From NCBI GenBank assembly GCA_030141605.1, contig JAQGDQ010000023.1:496001-560000 (forward strand): DNA of 64,000 bases, written 5' to 3'. Below are positions 62,101-64,000 of the stretch, in pieces. Below the pieces are notes generated by a model. The model was not told the DNA's origin, did no database searches, and worked only from the letters and a program-made list of their open reading frames with translations. A program made the position numbers and the translations under genes. The stretch comes from Tubiluchus corallicola (lineage: Eukaryota > Animalia > Priapulida). How positions within the stretch are numbered: the first letter of the stretch is position 1; each line of letters opens with the position of its first letter.

Positions 62101-63980
62101 TAAGCTGAATTTTCAGGCATTGGAGCAAATGCGTTTTAACTTTAATTTGTAGGTAATTTTTGCCTGGTACTAGGTCACTGCTCATCCGAAGTTTTGCATG
62201 GTTTTGCAAGGCATGCCTCCTGATCATGAGAATAATGATTTTTTTATAAGGTTGATTAATAATTGATGTTTTGGCACTGAATGTTAAAGTAATTCTAATT
62301 TGACTTAAAGCTCATAAAACTGTCTTTCTGTCCACCCCATTATGGTATTTTAGTTCTTACTGGGGTAAAGATTTTCTGGCTAAAGTTTACAATTCTTCAC
62401 ACACAAGAAATTGGTTCGTGAAACAGATTAGGGATAAGGTTAGGATTAGGGTTTGGGTTAGGGTTAGTGTTAGAGTTAGGGTTAGGATATTTAAATTGTG
62501 TGGGGAATTAGCTTGAAAATAAGATAGTGCTCTTCTGAGATAATCATAAAGAAGATAAAGTGTCATTAAAAGTCTCACAAAGTTTGTCTTCGTTTGTGTG
62601 AGGAATTGTAAACTCTTTTCAATTTTGTAATGATTAACAAAGGTATGCCAGACACTGTATTACTTCAGATAATGCGCTGCGAAGATTATTAAATAAAACA
62701 CTTTTTTTATGTGTTGTGAATAATTTCTGCTGCTAATAATTGATTATTCATTAAAGGTTTGTTCAACATCAGTGAAAGTTCATACGACAAGGCGGAAGAC
62801 TCTTGCTGTAATTGTGGAAGACAATGCACAAATTGTAAGTAAGTCTTTCTGAAATAGTTTATACTTTGCTTTCTAAAAATACTGAAACCTGTACGATGTT
62901 TGTTGTTGTTGTTGTTCATGTTGTTAAGACTGCATTTCCATTGCATCCACACAGACATACGGAAAATGTCGCTCATACGGAAAAAAATTGAAGCAATAGT
63001 GCATTTTTGCAAGTCATTGTTTTCCATGCTTGTCATTTCCATTACATACACTTTACTTGTTAAACCATTTTTCTGCTGACATAAAAGTTCATTTCTGGAA
63101 ACACTGTAGAGATTAGACCTTCCCTCTGTGACAAAATGAACTTATATACGGTCTTAGAAATTTCACAAGGCAGGTGTGAGCTGAAATAGCTTGTAAGGTC
63201 AGTGATGAAGAACAAACATTTAGTTTTTACTATAAATTTTGCTTTTTTCAGCATTTCCATAAATTTGGGTCTGATTTTGCAATTCTTTATTCAATGGATT
63301 TTGTCAAATTTATGGCAAACATTGTCAAATTTATTGTCTGCGAATTTCGAATCAGTCAATTTGACTTGTTGCAATTGCTAAACATATAGGCCTTTTACAC
63401 TTTCTCAAAATTGCATCGCATAATTAGTTACAGTGGAGAAAATTATAAGAGATGACTATTATCAGCTGTATTCTGTATTGCGTTTCTTAAACCATTAACA
63501 GGAAATGCATGCTTCGTTCTCCTCGAAAGTCCCCTGACTTGATTATTTTTGCCACATTGTAATACAAGTACAGTGTAATGAGTTCGGATGCAGTAGAAAC
63601 AACTTTTGCAGATGTAAAATGTGCAAACGGAAAAATCTGTATGCATGTGTTTGTGTGAATGCAGTGGAAATGCAGCCTAAAATTGTGCAAGGTGTAGTGT
63701 GGTGAGAGCCTATCAGAAATATTTACCCTTTTTTCAATCAGTCATCCGCTAGAAGTTAGCGTTTCACTATTCTAGGTTTTTGAGGTGAATTTTCAGTTCT
63801 TTTCATCTTGCATAAATGTGAAATTTTATTATAGTCAGTGGATCTGTTCTAGAATATAGTTTTAATTAGAACATATCAAAATGATATCTAGTATGCGTTT
63901 TCAAGCTGTTATGTTTAAGATTTATATTTTTAGGTGATTCTTGACACGCCTGGTATCATTAGTAAACACCATGGTAAAAA
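55582..63980 (+). CDS. ERAL1: Mitochondrial Era-like GTPase, 5' part (continues past the window end)
   Basis: Exons 55582-55627 (MFSSVQLRLLLFYIK, least certain), 58694-58828, 59993-60120 (LRVAILGTPNTGKSTLTNHLLGQR, G1), 62757-62834 (SVKVHTTR, G2), 63934-63980 (VILDTPGII, G3); all GT-AG, phases consistent; presequence-like N-terminus. Confidence 0.88.
56070..56172. repeat. (TTA)n microsatellite in ERAL1 intron 1
   Basis: Direct observation. Confidence 0.95.
56650..58452. mobile_element. Non-autonomous Tigger/pogo-like DNA transposon with TA target duplication
   Basis: TA|caataagtcctcgcttaa ... ttcagcgaggacttactg|TA; subterminal ttaacga repeats; no transposase ORF. Confidence 0.8.
61229..62120. 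repeat. 81-bp tandem array, ~11 near-identical copies, in ERAL1 intron 3
   Basis: Unit atttgattctttagtaactcatgactgttgtctgaaaataaagatattttgatgatttgtttttaagctgaattttcaggc; starts at 61229, 61310, ...; no unique spacers. Confidence 0.97.
62428..62487 (+). repeat. Degenerate interstitial (TTAGGG)n-like tract
   Basis: ttagggataaggttaggattagggtttgggttagggttagtgttagagttagggttagg. Confidence 0.75.
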
Positions 63981-64000
63981 GTAAGTGCTGTTATGAACAC

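Noticed and set aside
61229-62120. CRISPR array or 27-aa repeat protein
   Set aside because: Units are contiguous with no unique spacers, no cas genes, eukaryotic intron; all three minus-strand frames have a stop per unit and the ORF track shows no ORF spanning the array.
62428-62487. True telomere or chromosome-fusion scar
   Set aside because: Short, degenerate, single orientation and inside an intron.
62707-63690. Minus-strand Cys/His-rich ORFs suggesting a zinc-finger or Helitron protein
   Set aside because: No coherent motif; they lie antisense to ERAL1 exon 4 and flanking introns.

Overview
AT-rich, intron-containing animal (invertebrate-like) nuclear DNA, not prokaryotic. By manual splicing I can support six protein-coding genes: the terminal exon of a Maverick-like 9-Cys TGF-beta ligand (+), a 4-coding-exon TCTE1/DRC5 ciliary LRR gene (+), a 9-coding-exon Rab34/36-family GTPase (-), an intronless SHPRH CDS (+), an intronless TRMT11 CDS (-), and the first five exons of a mitochondrial Era GTPase ERAL1 (+), which the ORF track missed and which runs off the window end. 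Between and inside genes are decayed non-LTR retrotransposons (L2/CR1-group, RTE/RTEX, Penelope-like), MITE-like inverted repeats, tRNA-derived SINEs, an 81-bp tandem array and microsatellites. Best leads: two adjacent intronless housekeeping genes each head-to-head with an intron-rich gene; a fold-back element with hammerhead cores on both strands just after the TRMT11 stop; an RFX X-box at TCTE1; a Pumilio-site cluster after the TGF-beta gene. I found no convincing wholly new system. Gene names rest on motif recognition from memory, not database searches.
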